Positions 9,377 to 18,242 of a stretch of 64,000 nucleotides of DNA are shown here, in pieces (within the stretch, counting starts at the first letter, position 1; every line of letters begins with the position of its first letter). The DNA is from an uncultured archaeon (GTDB lineage: Archaea; Asgardarchaeota; Hermodarchaeia; Hermodarchaeales; Hermodarchaeaceae). A program made the translations under genes and the position numbers. Location: the NCBI GenBank assembly GCA_964347045.1, contig CAYFXC010000001.1:160001-224000 (forward strand), written 5' to 3'. The notes below the pieces were generated by a model, which had not been told where the DNA came from, did no database searches, and was given only the letters and a program-made list of their open reading frames with translations.

Positions 9377-9892
9377 CTAACTAATACACGACCATGCTAT
9401 TTGTCGGAAAGCATCTGTGACACCTTGCCCCTCCTTAGCACTGGTTTCGAAATATCCCCATCCAAGCTGCTGAGCATAAGCCATACCCTCCTCGGTTGTG
9501 GCTTGCCGTTGATCCACCAAATCCACTTTGTTTGCTAATAAAACAGTGGGCACAGTACCAGTTACCTGCGAGACCTCTGAAAACCATTCAGGAATAGCTT
9601 CAAACGTTCGACGGCGCGTAACATCATAGACTAAAATTACACCAGCGGCACCACGATAAAAGACAGGACGTACTGAACTGAAATGCGGTTGTCCAGCCAG
9701 GTCCCATAACTGTAACCGTACTAATGTATCACCGAAATTCAACTCTTTCACTGCGAACGAAGTACCCACAGTCATGATGTAGGATTCTCGAAAGTGCCCT
9801 TCGGTGTAGCGTATAATGAGACTTGTCTTCCCAACTGCACCATCACCGACGACACAGACTTTGAGTACGTATTGGCGTTGTTGCATACTCAT
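9377..9892 (-). CDS. Rab-like small GTPase
   Basis: G1 GDGAVGKT, G3 WDLAGQ, G4 NKVD, G5 ETSAK; RabF-like motifs RLQLW, FYRGA, LVYDVT. Confidence 0.93.
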   Translation of the reverse strand: MSMQQRQYVLKVCVVGDGAVGKTSLIIRYTEGHFRESYIMTVGTSFAVKELNFGDTLVRLQLWDLAGQPHFSSVRPVFYRGAAGVILVYDVTRRRTFEAIPEWFSEVSQVTGTVPTVLLANKVDLVDQRQATTEEGMAYAQQLGWGYFETSAKEGQGVTDAFRQIAWSCIS

Positions 9893-10042
9893 GTAGCTTG
9901 CTCCTTATGAGGGCTCGGTTTGTCTGACTTTCGTTTGTGAACATATATTGGTTTCGTTTACCATGGGCTTTTAGGCTTAGGTAATTAATTTCGCCCAATG
10001 ATTTTTATCCTGCTGAAGGTTGTTAGGGCAGGCTAGGAACTT

Positions 10043-13033
10043 ATGGAGTGTATACTTACAATGCCTGTTTCAGAGCTTCCCAAAAAATTTGATCTTCCCT
10101 CCTTAGAAGAGGAGGTGCTAAAATTCTGGCAAAAACATCGCGTGTATGAGCAAGTAACTGAACTGCTTCTTAATCGTCCTATCTTCAAGTTTTTGGATGG
10201 TCCTCCCTACACTACTGGCGCGATTCATTTGGGTACTGCATGGAACAAAATTATGAAGGACTTGGTCCTACGGTATCGTCGGATGCAGGGGTTTCGCGTA
10301 ATCGATACTCCTGGGTTTGATATGCACGGATTACCAATTGAGGTTCATGTTGAAAAAGAACTCGGCATAAAATCAAAGCTGGAAATTGAAACGAAAATTG
10401 GCGTTGATAAATTTATTTCACGGTGCCAAGAGTTTGCTCTTTCTAATTTGGGAATTATGACAGAACAATTCCAAAGGTTAGGTGTCTGGATGGACTGGAA
10501 TCGTCCTTATCGAACGATTGATAACCCATATATTGAAGGTACATGGTATTTGATGAAACGAGCCCATGAACGGGGATTCTTGTATCGTGGATTGCGTTCG
10601 ATTGATTGTTGTGTTCGCTGCGAAACAGCTCTAGCGAAACGTGAACACGAGTACCGGACAATTGTAGATTATTCGATTTGGGTCAAGTTTCCGGTTATTG
10701 ATCGACCAAACGAGTTCATTGTTATTTGGACTACAACACCTTGGACATTACCTGCTAATATGGCCGTAATGGTGAATCCAGAGTTTGATTATGTTCGCGT
10801 TCGTGTTGAAAACGAAGTATGGATTTTGGCGAAAGGATTAGCAAATATCATTTTACAAGGGCTATTAAACAAGCCTTATGAAGTCATAGAAGTGGTCAAT
10901 GGATCGAAACTTCTTGGTCTCCGATATGAACATCCTTTGGTAGAAGAAGTCCCTCGCCAAGCTGAACTCCACAAAGATTCAAAGAAAGTTCATTCCGTGG
11001 TTTTAAGTGATGAATATGTTACTTTAGAACAGGGTACAGGTCTTGTTCATATGGCACCAGGACATGGTCCCCAAGATTTCGAAGTAGGTGAAAGGGAAGG
11101 AATACCAATTTTTTGTCCGGTAACATTTTCTGGAACTTTTTCTGAAGATGGTGGAAAATACGCCGGGATGAAAGTTCAAAAGGTAAGTGAAGTTGTTCTT
11201 GAGGATCTACGTAGGAAGGATTTGTTAGTTCATCAAGATACTATTGAGCACGAATATGCTCATTGTTGGCGATGTAATAGCCCGTTAGTCTTTCTTGCTA
11301 CTGATCAATGGTTCCTACGCGTTAGTGATCTTAGGAATGATATTATCAAAAAGAACGAGGATGTTCGGTGGGTTCCGGATTGGGCTGGTCATACATGGTT
11401 TAGAAATTGGGTACAAAATCTTCGTGACTGGTGTATCTCACGTCAGCGTTACTGGGGTGCCCCTCTTCCCATATGGACCTGTGATAAATGTGATGAAATA
11501 GAAGTGATTGGGAGCATTGAAGAATTAAATGAAAAAACTGGCAAGGTTTTCGAGAACCTTCATAGGCCATGGGTTGATGAAGCGAATTGGACTTGCATGA
11601 AATGTGGAGGTAAAATGTCGAGAGTTCGCGATGTTCTTGATGTTTGGTTAGACAGTGGTGTTGCTCCTTGGGCAACACGATGGGCGACTTTTGGCACTAA
11701 AGATTTTGATAATTGGGAAACGGCTGAATTTGTTATTGAAGGCAAAGATCAAATCAGCAATTGGTTCAACACCCTCTTCAATTCGACCATGTTAGTTGCA
11801 GACCGAGAACCGTACAAAAATGTGTATATGCATGGATTTACGAGTGACGAACAAGGTCGGCCTATGTCCAAATCTAAGGGCGTTGGAGTTCTTCCAGAGG
11901 AGATAGTGGAAAAAGTTGGAGCAGAGACTCTTCGGATTTATAGTATCAAAAGCACTGGTCCTGGCGAGGATATGCATTTTCTCTGGAAAGATGTTGAAGA
12001 TACTCGGCGTGTTCTTTTGATTTTATGGAATGTATACGTTTTTGCATCAACATTCATGAAAGCAGCGAATTTTGATCCAAAATTACACAAAATGGAGCCC
12101 AAAAATCTTCAGTATGAGGATCGCTGGATTCTTTCTCAGTTAACCTCGCTCATTAAACAAGTCACCGAACGACTAGATAAATATGAATTACCATACGTGC
12201 CTCGTTTAATGGAAGACTTTGTTGTAAAAGATCTTAGTCGGTGGTATATCAAACTCATTCGGCCTCGAACTTGGGTTAGTTCTCAGGATGAAACAAAGAT
12301 TCAAGCATTTACAACACTTTATAATGTGTTACGCACTCTTTTGGCAGTCTTAGCTCCAGTTTTACCTTTCCTAACTGAAAAAATGTATCAGGCTCTCATT
12401 CGTTCGGTCGAACCTGATGCTCCGATTAGTGTTCATATGCTTCCTTGGCCTTCTGTGGATGAGCATCTTATAGATTCTGAATTAAGCCAAGAAATGGAGT
12501 GGGTATCTGAAATCGTTGAGTCAGTACAATATGTTCGGCAGGAAGCAGGTATTAAACTTCGATGGCCCTGTCAAAGATTGATTATTGTTCCATTGAAGAA
12601 GGAATTTCAACTAGATCACTTCAGCGACGTTGTCGCTAGCCAAGCAAATGTAAAAACCGTTGAGATTCTTAAAAAAATCAAGGGTGAATCTTTACTAGAA
12701 AAGGAGCTGGCCTTTGCTACGATTTATCTCGATATTTCAGAGACTCCTGAACTTCGTGCGGAACGCCTTGCACGAGATTTGATTCGTCAAATTCAATCTA
12801 CACGGAAAAAAGAGGGTTTACATGTTACACAGCGTATCAAACTTCATGTGGCAACTAAATCACCGGAACTACGATCGGCAATAGAAAATACTTCTGAGTC
12901 TATATCCGCAAAAGTGGGGGCTTCGGTGTTAAATATCTATGAAAATTTACCAATTATGAAGGGCGCTGCCAAGGGCAAGGTAAAATTCGCTGATGGTGAA
13001 ATCCAATTTGCATTTCTTGTGCAAGATGAATAG
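10043..13033 (+). CDS. ileS: Isoleucine--tRNA ligase (archaeal/eukaryotic type)
   Basis: DGPPY...HLGT, GFDMHGLPIE, WTTTPWTLP, GTGLVH.AP.HG, DWCISRQRYWG, PMSKS. True start may be ATG 10061. Confidence 0.97.
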   Translation: MECILTMPVSELPKKFDLPSLEEEVLKFWQKHRVYEQVTELLLNRPIFKFLDGPPYTTGAIHLGTAWNKIMKDLVLRYRRMQGFRVIDTPGFDMHGLPIEVHVEKELGIKSKLEIETKIGVDKFISRCQEFALSNLGIMTEQFQRLGVWMDWNRPYRTIDNPYIEGTWYLMKRAHERGFLYRGLRSIDCCVRCETALAKREHEYRTIVDYSIWVKFPVIDRPNEFIVIWTTTPWTLPANMAVMVNPEFDYVRVRVENEVWILAKGLANIILQGLLNKPYEVIEVVNGSKLLGLRYEHPLVEEVPRQAELHKDSKKVHSVVLSDEYVTLEQGTGLVHMAPGHGPQDFEVGEREGIPIFCPVTFSGTFSEDGGKYAGMKVQKVSEVVLEDLRRKDLLVHQDTIEHEYAHCWRCNSPLVFLATDQWFLRVSDLRNDIIKKNEDVRWVPDWAGHTWFRNWVQNLRDWCISRQRYWGAPLPIWTCDKCDEIEVIGSIEELNEKTGKVFENLHRPWVDEANWTCMKCGGKMSRVRDVLDVWLDSGVAPWATRWATFGTKDFDNWETAEFVIEGKDQISNWFNTLFNSTMLVADREPYKNVYMHGFTSDEQGRPMSKSKGVGVLPEEIVEKVGAETLRIYSIKSTGPGEDMHFLWKDVEDTRRVLLILWNVYVFASTFMKAANFDPKLHKMEPKNLQYEDRWILSQLTSLIKQVTERLDKYELPYVPRLMEDFVVKDLSRWYIKLIRPRTWVSSQDETKIQAFTTLYNVLRTLLAVLAPVLPFLTEKMYQALIRSVEPDAPISVHMLPWPSVDEHLIDSELSQEMEWVSEIVESVQYVRQEAGIKLRWPCQRLIIVPLKKEFQLDHFSDVVASQANVKTVEILKKIKGESLLEKELAFATIYLDISETPELRAERLARDLIRQIQSTRKKEGLHVTQRIKLHVATKSPELRSAIENTSESISAKVGASVLNIYENLPIMKGAAKGKVKFADGEIQFAFLVQDE

Positions 13034-13043
13034 GTGTGCCAAC

Positions 13044-13053
13044 ACATTTAAGC
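13044..13053 (+). promoter_or_regulatory. Candidate TATA box of the tRNA-Ile gene
   Basis: acatttaagc about 30 nt upstream of tRNA G1. Confidence 0.45.
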
Positions 13054-13079
13054 CACAATAAATATCACTCACTCGATAC

Positions 13080-13225
13080 GGGCACGTGGCTTAGCCTGAT
13101 GGAGCGCCGAACTATCGTGCATTTAGCGCGAAGTGTGTATGCCTTATATGGTGTCGCTCTGAACATTCGTTTGCGAAGCCTAGGTTAGCCGGAGGTCGCG
13201 GGTTTGAATCCCGCCGTGCCCACCA
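13080..13225 (+). tRNA. tRNA-Ile(UAU) with two introns (29/30 at 13110-13140; 37/38 at 13149-13186), CCA encoded
   Basis: Spliced product GGGCACG-TG-GCTT-AGCCTGATG-GAGC-G-CCGGC-CT-TAT-AA-GCCGG-AGGTC-GCGGG-TTTGAAT-CCCGC-CGTGCCC-A-CCA forms a full cloverleaf. Both introns fold into BHB-type motifs. Confidence 0.88.
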
Positions 13226-13228
13226 TCT

Positions 13229-14767
13229 TCATTTAGTTCTTCCTTTCTTTTCAAATTTCTTAGTCATAGTTTCAAAATCTTCTCCAAAAGCCGTTTCTTT
13301 AGTTGTTCGTTTTCGGACCTGAATGAAAACTGGAAACCGAGTAGCCTGGCCAACTACTAATGCTTCTCCAACACTAAGGCTTGAAATAGACGTCAAAGTT
13401 GCTTTTGTGATTTTTTCTGATGTAGCTCTAATGTGATCTAAGTCATAGGGGTTAGTAATTCTAAGAAATATGTTAGATCCACATTGTGAGAGAACTGTGG
13501 TTGAGAGTCGAACTGGTCGTTGTGAAATAATACACAAAGAGAGGTTATATTTACGACCTTCTCGGGCAATAGTTTCAATTATTCCCTTTGAAAAAGCTAG
13601 GGCACGGCGTGCTTCAGGACAGAATTGATGAGATTCCTCGAGAAACACAATTGTAGGAGGTATTTCCTCATCTCGTCTCAAGTCGAATAAATGTCTAAGA
13701 ACAGCATCGACAATGATTTGCTTCTTTTGAAGACTCACCGTTTCACTCATATCAAGTATAACTCCATGGCCAGATTTCATTAACTTCTTCCATTCTGGTG
13801 TCGAAGTCTTTCCGAAGAGATTGAGACTTTGGAGATTATCTAACCATCCCAATAGTGCTTCACGCGTTCGAGTGTTTATCGAAGGATCCTTTTCTAGCGC
13901 TTCAATCAAATCTCCTAAATCATAGGGTCTTCCTTTTCGAACACTACGTAGTGTTCGAATAATACGTGTCAGTTCACGAACCTGGATTGTTCCCATATCT
14001 GGAGAATATATCGCAAAGGATTTTGCACTCATTCGTGGTGTTGCTATCTCAACTAGAGGGCTCCGAATTACTACGAGGCGTTTTTCAATGTTTTTTCCTT
14101 TGATTTCTTGAGTGTCTGCAAACCCTGTGTATTCACCATGAACGTCAATTACAAGTAATGCTGGACGCCCTTGAGCCACTCTTCTTGATAAGAGTTCTTC
14201 GAGCATAACAGAAGCGGCATAACTTTTTCCAGCTCCACTCATTGCCAAGAGTGCAACGTGCTTTTGATACATTTTTGTCAAATCAAAAGTCGCAGGAATA
14301 TTATGAAATAGTAAATGACCAAGCTCAATTCCCTCTTCAGCAAATCCAAGAAAACGTGACAAAATTTTTGGGTCTGGTGAAGAAACAATAGCGCCTGGCG
14401 AGGGAGGATACGTAATTCGGTGAATCTGCCCATTATCAAAAATCCCTAAAGGATTTGCTTCGGCTAACACGTATTCCCATCGGTCAATAGGAAAAATCGC
14501 TCCAAAGGGTCTTCCTGACCGTGTAAATTCATGTACGGCGTCAACTTGCGAAAAATAGCGGTTCGTCTTGAATACATGCTCAACATGAGCGATGACTAAT
14601 CCTTCTTCAGTTTCAACAGAAACGTATTGTCCTACGTGAACGGGTATCTCATTCTTAGTGTTTTGTTCATCACGTTTTCCAATGACAAAGGAAATCTTTT
14701 CTGTTGACGGGCTATCTTCAGTGCATACAACAGTTCCAAGCGATTCAGAGTTCATTTGAGTCTTCAC
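13229..14767 (-). CDS. herA: HerA ATPase/helicase
   Basis: N-terminal HAS barrel, HVALLAMSGAGKSY, IDVHGEY, EESHQF, IAREGRKY, ISQRP. Confidence 0.92.
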   Translation of the reverse strand: MKTQMNSESLGTVVCTEDSPSTEKISFVIGKRDEQNTKNEIPVHVGQYVSVETEEGLVIAHVEHVFKTNRYFSQVDAVHEFTRSGRPFGAIFPIDRWEYVLAEANPLGIFDNGQIHRITYPPSPGAIVSSPDPKILSRFLGFAEEGIELGHLLFHNIPATFDLTKMYQKHVALLAMSGAGKSYAASVMLEELLSRRVAQGRPALLVIDVHGEYTGFADTQEIKGKNIEKRLVVIRSPLVEIATPRMSAKSFAIYSPDMGTIQVRELTRIIRTLRSVRKGRPYDLGDLIEALEKDPSINTRTREALLGWLDNLQSLNLFGKTSTPEWKKLMKSGHGVILDMSETVSLQKKQIIVDAVLRHLFDLRRDEEIPPTIVFLEESHQFCPEARRALAFSKGIIETIAREGRKYNLSLCIISQRPVRLSTTVLSQCGSNIFLRITNPYDLDHIRATSEKITKATLTSISSLSVGEALVVGQATRFPVFIQVRKRTTKETAFGEDFETMTKKFEKKGRTK

Positions 14768-14775
14768 CTTTAATT

Positions 14776-15954
14776 TTAATGAAATGGCATCCTTTCACGG
14801 CGGAGTTTTAATACACTCTGGGGATATCCTAGCCGATTGGCTAATTGTGTAAAAAGAAAATCAAGATCATGTTCAATTAACCGGGCTTGAGAGTCAGCAT
14901 CGATTAGCACAGTAGGAAGCGCAAAGCCCTCATTATTTGAAGACATTGGAAATAACATCGCGCTAACTTTCTCAACAATTCGAATTGGGTCATAAGCTCC
15001 AGTGAGAATTTCAATTCGTAAAGGATAATCAAACTTGGCCGTTCGGAGATAAATACAAACAATATTTTTGCTAGTCTGTATGCTCTCGTCGCCGGATTCA
15101 AGTGAATCATCGATATTTAATTCGTTTAATCGGAGAATTGGCGAACGTTCTCCCACGTCTAGGATTCTGAAAAATAAATCTGTGTCGTAACTGGTTCGCA
15201 AAATCGATCGATAATCCATCTGTAACAACGGTTTCAACGCGGGATATTTATTTATCAAATGTGGAAGAATTTCACCTAGAATCTTAATGAACCGTTGACT
15301 TCGACTATCTTTCACAACACCAGCAAGAAGCGTCCCAGTTTCTTGAGCTTTTTTATAGAGCTCTTCATACAGCTTTGAAATCAGTTGAAACTTGGTTGAA
15401 AACATTGACTGACTTGGTGGGCGGTCACTTAAATGTGGACTCAGAGAGCCGTCTAGTAAAAGGAGCTCTACTGGATGGTGATCTTGGACACGGATTGCCA
15501 ATTCAAGTTCTGACTTGAGTCGTTCAAGGGAAGCGCTTACGTCTGCTTCGCGCCAAGAGATGGGATTGAATTCTGCTTTTACGGTTGGGGGCGTTGTTTT
15601 TTCAGGGAAATAGATTGCTGCTACTCGGTTTGATGGAGTATATTCAAAAATAGTGGCACAAGCTCGAGTAATTACTAGCTCGATACCTCGTAGGGTTTTT
15701 TTGAGTAATCCTCCATCAACTCCACCTACACGAAGTCCGGTTAAATCTATAGGCTTCACTGAATTGGCTAATTGATTATCAACAAGATAGTTTTGGGCTA
15801 GTGGTAGGTTCTGATGAAGATTTAGCTTGTTTCGTTCACTTCGAAGAATTGAAGCAAAGGTATTTCTTTTCTTTTCATAGGCTTGAATTTGCTCAGCGAT
15901 TTTCTGAATTGCTTTATCTAGCGGCCAAAGCTCCTGAACTGATTTCATATACAT
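14776..15954 (-). CDS. nurA: NurA 5'-3' nuclease
   Basis: GVDGG, LLLDGSL, GVVKDS, P.VLIDAD; directly upstream of herA. Confidence 0.9.
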   Translation of the reverse strand: MYMKSVQELWPLDKAIQKIAEQIQAYEKKRNTFASILRSERNKLNLHQNLPLAQNYLVDNQLANSVKPIDLTGLRVGGVDGGLLKKTLRGIELVITRACATIFEYTPSNRVAAIYFPEKTTPPTVKAEFNPISWREADVSASLERLKSELELAIRVQDHHPVELLLLDGSLSPHLSDRPPSQSMFSTKFQLISKLYEELYKKAQETGTLLAGVVKDSRSQRFIKILGEILPHLINKYPALKPLLQMDYRSILRTSYDTDLFFRILDVGERSPILRLNELNIDDSLESGDESIQTSKNIVCIYLRTAKFDYPLRIEILTGAYDPIRIVEKVSAMLFPMSSNNEGFALPTVLIDADSQARLIEHDLDFLFTQLANRLGYPQSVLKLRRERMPFH

Positions 15955-16032
15955 TATCCCCGTCTAAATATTCTCATTTAGACTTATCAGAGTCTAAAAT
16001 TAAATCATGGTAACACACTAAAAACACCACCA

Positions 16033-16599
16033 ATGTCTATTGTTGTTCCCTCTATCCAGAAAGCTAGAATTCTGCTTAATGAATCTGTATCAGATCTAAA
16101 TATACGAAAACATTGTGAAGCCACTCGAGAAAAAGCGCTTCAAATCGCAATAATGGTTTCAGTAAAAAAACAAATCAACTTTCAATTAATAGAGGTCAGT
16201 GCATTGCTTCACGACATTGGACGAGCGCGCGTCCATGATGTAACACATGGGTATGTTGGTGGGAAGATTTTACAGCACCATTTGTATCCTTGGAGCGTTG
16301 TTAGGATCGTGGAAAGACACGTTTTGGGTGGATTTTCAGATATTGAAGCTGATATGGTTGGGCTTCCGAAACGTGATTTTGTACCTCAAACATGGGAAGA
16401 AAAGATTGTGTGTGTTGCCGATAAATTGGGAGTATTCGAATGGGCAGGAATTCGCCAACCACTAGGATGGTTAGCAGAGGTGAATGATCGCTTTGCTAGG
16501 CTTTCTAAAAGGTATGGGCTGGTTGAACCTTTCAAAGCTTCAATGAAACGTGCAAGGCGCTTTACTGAGGAATTGGCAGCTCTTGCCATATTAGACTGA
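16033..16599 (+). CDS. HD-domain phosphohydrolase (TIGR00295-like)
   Basis: KHC, ALLHDIGR, HG, IVERH, EEKIVCVADK. Confidence 0.85.
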   Translation: MSIVVPSIQKARILLNESVSDLNIRKHCEATREKALQIAIMVSVKKQINFQLIEVSALLHDIGRARVHDVTHGYVGGKILQHHLYPWSVVRIVERHVLGGFSDIEADMVGLPKRDFVPQTWEEKIVCVADKLGVFEWAGIRQPLGWLAEVNDRFARLSKRYGLVEPFKASMKRARRFTEELAALAILD

Positions 16600-16603
16600 A
16601 AAG

Positions 16604-17392
16604 TTAGGGAAAAAGAATCATTGACAACATTGGTGGATAAATCAGCAACGCGCAAAGAAAAATTATCACAGCTGTAAGAAGTGGAACTGTAACATTGTCA
16701 AAACCTGCTGGACTAACTCCTTCAATTAAAGTTGCCGTTAAAGCACAAATCAGACCAAGAATGGCTATCTGCACTAAATTGAAAATTGGAAACCCACCTG
16801 TGGAATAAAAGTCTAAAACAACCCAACAAATCCATGCTCCTACAAATGATGCAAAAAATACAGCTATGGACCCCTCAAGGCTTCTGGTTGATTTGCCAAC
16901 CATATATTGATGCCTACCATATCTTGCTCCAATGATGGGGGCAATCCCATCACCTAGATACATTGCCGCGAGTGCCATCGCCGCCAAGACAAAGAATGGA
17001 GTTAGAATGGGGATTAGTGTGAAGGTCGAGACGAGGATTGTAATTGAAATGGCGTAAAGAAATGGCCCCCAAATATGTCCTGAGAGATAGTCTTCCTCTC
17101 GTGCCATTACTTCAAACATAGTTTTGAGACTCTTTATAGGACTTTTTGGTGAGGCAAGTAAAATAAGAATAACAAAGGAAAATGCCACAATTATTGCCGC
17201 CCAAGAATGTGTATAAAAAGGAACTGTAAACACTGAGAAACCAGCGAATAGATGAATAAATTTACGCGTCATGGCTGGTGGATAATTTCGCCAGCGGCGC
17301 AAGCCTTCTCCGATAACCAGAACTGCGATAACCCAAATGAAGGCAATTGCTAAAACTATTAAATCAATTGGGGTAGGAAACGGTTGTTGCAT
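16604..17392 (-). CDS. Phytol/dolichol kinase family (Sec59/Dgk1/Vte5) membrane protein
   Basis: TRKFIH, GDGIAPIIG..YG, RSLEGS, DNVTVP. Confidence 0.88.
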   Translation of the reverse strand: MQQPFPTPIDLIVLAIAFIWVIAVLVIGEGLRRWRNYPPAMTRKFIHLFAGFSVFTVPFYTHSWAAIIVAFSFVILILLASPKSPIKSLKTMFEVMAREEDYLSGHIWGPFLYAISITILVSTFTLIPILTPFFVLAAMALAAMYLGDGIAPIIGARYGRHQYMVGKSTRSLEGSIAVFFASFVGAWICWVVLDFYSTGGFPIFNLVQIAILGLICALTATLIEGVSPAGFDNVTVPLLTAVIIFLCALLIYPPMLSMILFP

Positions 17393-17488
17393 GTAAAACC
17401 ACCTGGTTTATCGCCTCGCGTCTTATACTTCCATCTATTTATAGTCCGTGTGAGTCATCAAAGATGCTTTAAGGTGAGAGGTGTTTCT

Positions 17489-18235
17489 ATGGTTATAATG
17501 GACCAAGATACACGTGAAGACTTACTCCGAAGTATTGCTGGCGAAATCACGCTAGCTGAGAATCCAGGAAAGGTAATGCGTAAATGGCGCGAACAGTTTA
17601 GCGTAGCTCAACGTGAATTGGCGCTTCATCTTGAGATTTCTCCTTCAGTGATTAGTGACTACGAAAGTGGACGAAGGAAATCACCTCGCGTCGAAACAAT
17701 TCGAAAATTTGCTGAAAGCCTAGTAGCGATTGATGAAAGCCGGGGAGGTCAAATCGTCAAAGCTTTCATCCGGTTACTTGGACGGGATATCCCCTCTGAT
17801 ATTCTCTTAGATATTCGAGAATTTCCTGCCGCAATTCCTGCTAAACTCCTAATAGATCATCTTGAATGCAAAACCATAGTTCAGGACATCATTCAAGATC
17901 GTGAAATCTTTGGTTATACGACAATTGATAGTCTTCGTGCGATTCTTCAACTTACACCGGAACAAATGATCAAACTTTATGGGGCTACCCCGCATCGTGC
18001 CGCGATTTTTACACGTGTTAGTACAGGGCGATCACCAATGGTTGCTATTCGAACATCGCAAATGGGATTAGGTTCTGCGGTTCGTCCTTCAGTTGTCATT
18101 CTTCATGGGCCCAAAAAGGTGGATTCTGTTGCTTGTAAAATTGCCGAAGTTGAAAAAATTCCGTTGTATTTATCCCTAATAAAAGAAGCCTATGATCTTA
18201 TTCGAAGACTAAGAAACTTTAAGCCAGAGGTGTAA
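17489..18235 (+). CDS. XRE-HTH transcriptional regulator (COG1709-like)
   Basis: IAGEITLA.NPG, SVISDYESGRRKSP, FT.VSTGRSPMVAIR. Start refined to ATG 17489. Confidence 0.88.
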   Translation: MVIMDQDTREDLLRSIAGEITLAENPGKVMRKWREQFSVAQRELALHLEISPSVISDYESGRRKSPRVETIRKFAESLVAIDESRGGQIVKAFIRLLGRDIPSDILLDIREFPAAIPAKLLIDHLECKTIVQDIIQDREIFGYTTIDSLRAILQLTPEQMIKLYGATPHRAAIFTRVSTGRSPMVAIRTSQMGLGSAVRPSVVILHGPKKVDSVACKIAEVEKIPLYLSLIKEAYDLIRRLRNFKPEV

Positions 18236-18242
18236 AACACAA

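Noticed and set aside
13226-16000. Integrated element at the tRNA-Ile 3' end
   Set aside because: No integrase, no repeat of the tRNA end noticed, and flanking genes are housekeeping.
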